Assembly: GCF_963921235.1 (NCBI RefSeq) | Contig: NC_086104.1 | Coordinates: 75,144,001 to 75,208,000, forward strand | Direction: 5' to 3' | From: Mobula hypostoma | Lineage: Eukaryota | Length of the DNA: 64,000 nucleotides | In this document: positions 63,573 to 64,000 of the stretch, piece after piece | Layout of the letters: each line of letters opens with the position of its first letter | How positions within the stretch are numbered: the stretch's first letter is position 1 | Program-made: the position numbers and the translations under genes | The notes under the pieces: generated by a model | What the model saw: the letters and a program-made list of their open reading frames with translations, nothing else | What the model was told of the DNA's origin: nothing | The model's database searches: none

Positions 63573-64000
63573 AATTGAATTGAGTTGAATTGACTTTATT
63601 TCTTACATCCTTCACATACATGAGTAAAAATCTCTATGTTACGTCTGTCTAAATGTGCAATGTACAATTATAGTAATTTATGATAATTTATAATAAATAG
63701 AACAGTCAATGTAACATAGAAATACACTCCAATCAATGTGAGTTAATCAGTCTGATGGTCTGGTGGAAGAAGCTGCCCCGGAGCCTGTTGGTCCTGGCTT
63801 TTATGCTGCAGTACCGTTTCCCGGATGGTAGCAACTGGAATAGATTGTGGTTCGGGTGACTCGGATGATGATCCTTTGGACACTTTTATCCACACCTGTC
63901 TTTGTAAATGTCCTGAATCACGGTAAGTTCACAACTACAAATGCACTGGGCTGTCCACACCACTCTCTGCAGAATCCTGCGATTAAGGGAGGTACAGTTC
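63573..64000 (-). mobile_element. Rex1/Babar LINE 3' end, running off the window
   Basis: (ttgaa)n reversed tail, same 3' UTR family as 31630-31727; taccgtttcccggatggtag encodes LPSGKRY on the minus strand. Confidence 0.88.

Noticed and set aside
1-64000. MACROD2 exon on the minus strand
   Set aside because: Expected from synteny, but I found no macro-domain peptide (such as RGDIT or VDAIVNAAN) in the ORF track or by eye. The nesting remains an inference, and a short exon could have been missed.

Overview
AT-rich vertebrate genomic DNA. The repeat families point to a cartilaginous fish, probably a ray (inference from my recall of those families). The only intact host gene is the single coding exon of FLRT3 (+, 8358/8388-10346), which in other vertebrates lies antisense inside a MACROD2 intron; I could not find a MACROD2 exon here. 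The first ~17 kb is poor in young repeats and holds candidate conserved elements and ancient Deu-domain SINEs. From 17.5 kb onward the window is dense in nested retroelements: CR1, Rex1/Babar, L1, L2, Neptune-type Penelope-like elements (PLEs), V-SINE, a solo LTR and MITEs. The most notable structure is a PLE/hammerhead-ribozyme (HHR) system with three parts. (i) An intronless HMGB2 retrocopy with no poly(A) is fused head-to-head to a ~105-nt PLE 3' tail that stops within 2 nt of the predicted HHR cleavage site. (ii) A 4.4-kb inverted PLE insertion has a 13-bp TSD and two intact minimal HHRs. (iii) Seven solo PLE tails all end at or near the HHR. Together these suggest PLE-driven, two-ended priming that can capture a host mRNA. 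All family assignments come from motif recognition; no database searches were run, and most repeat boundaries are approximate.
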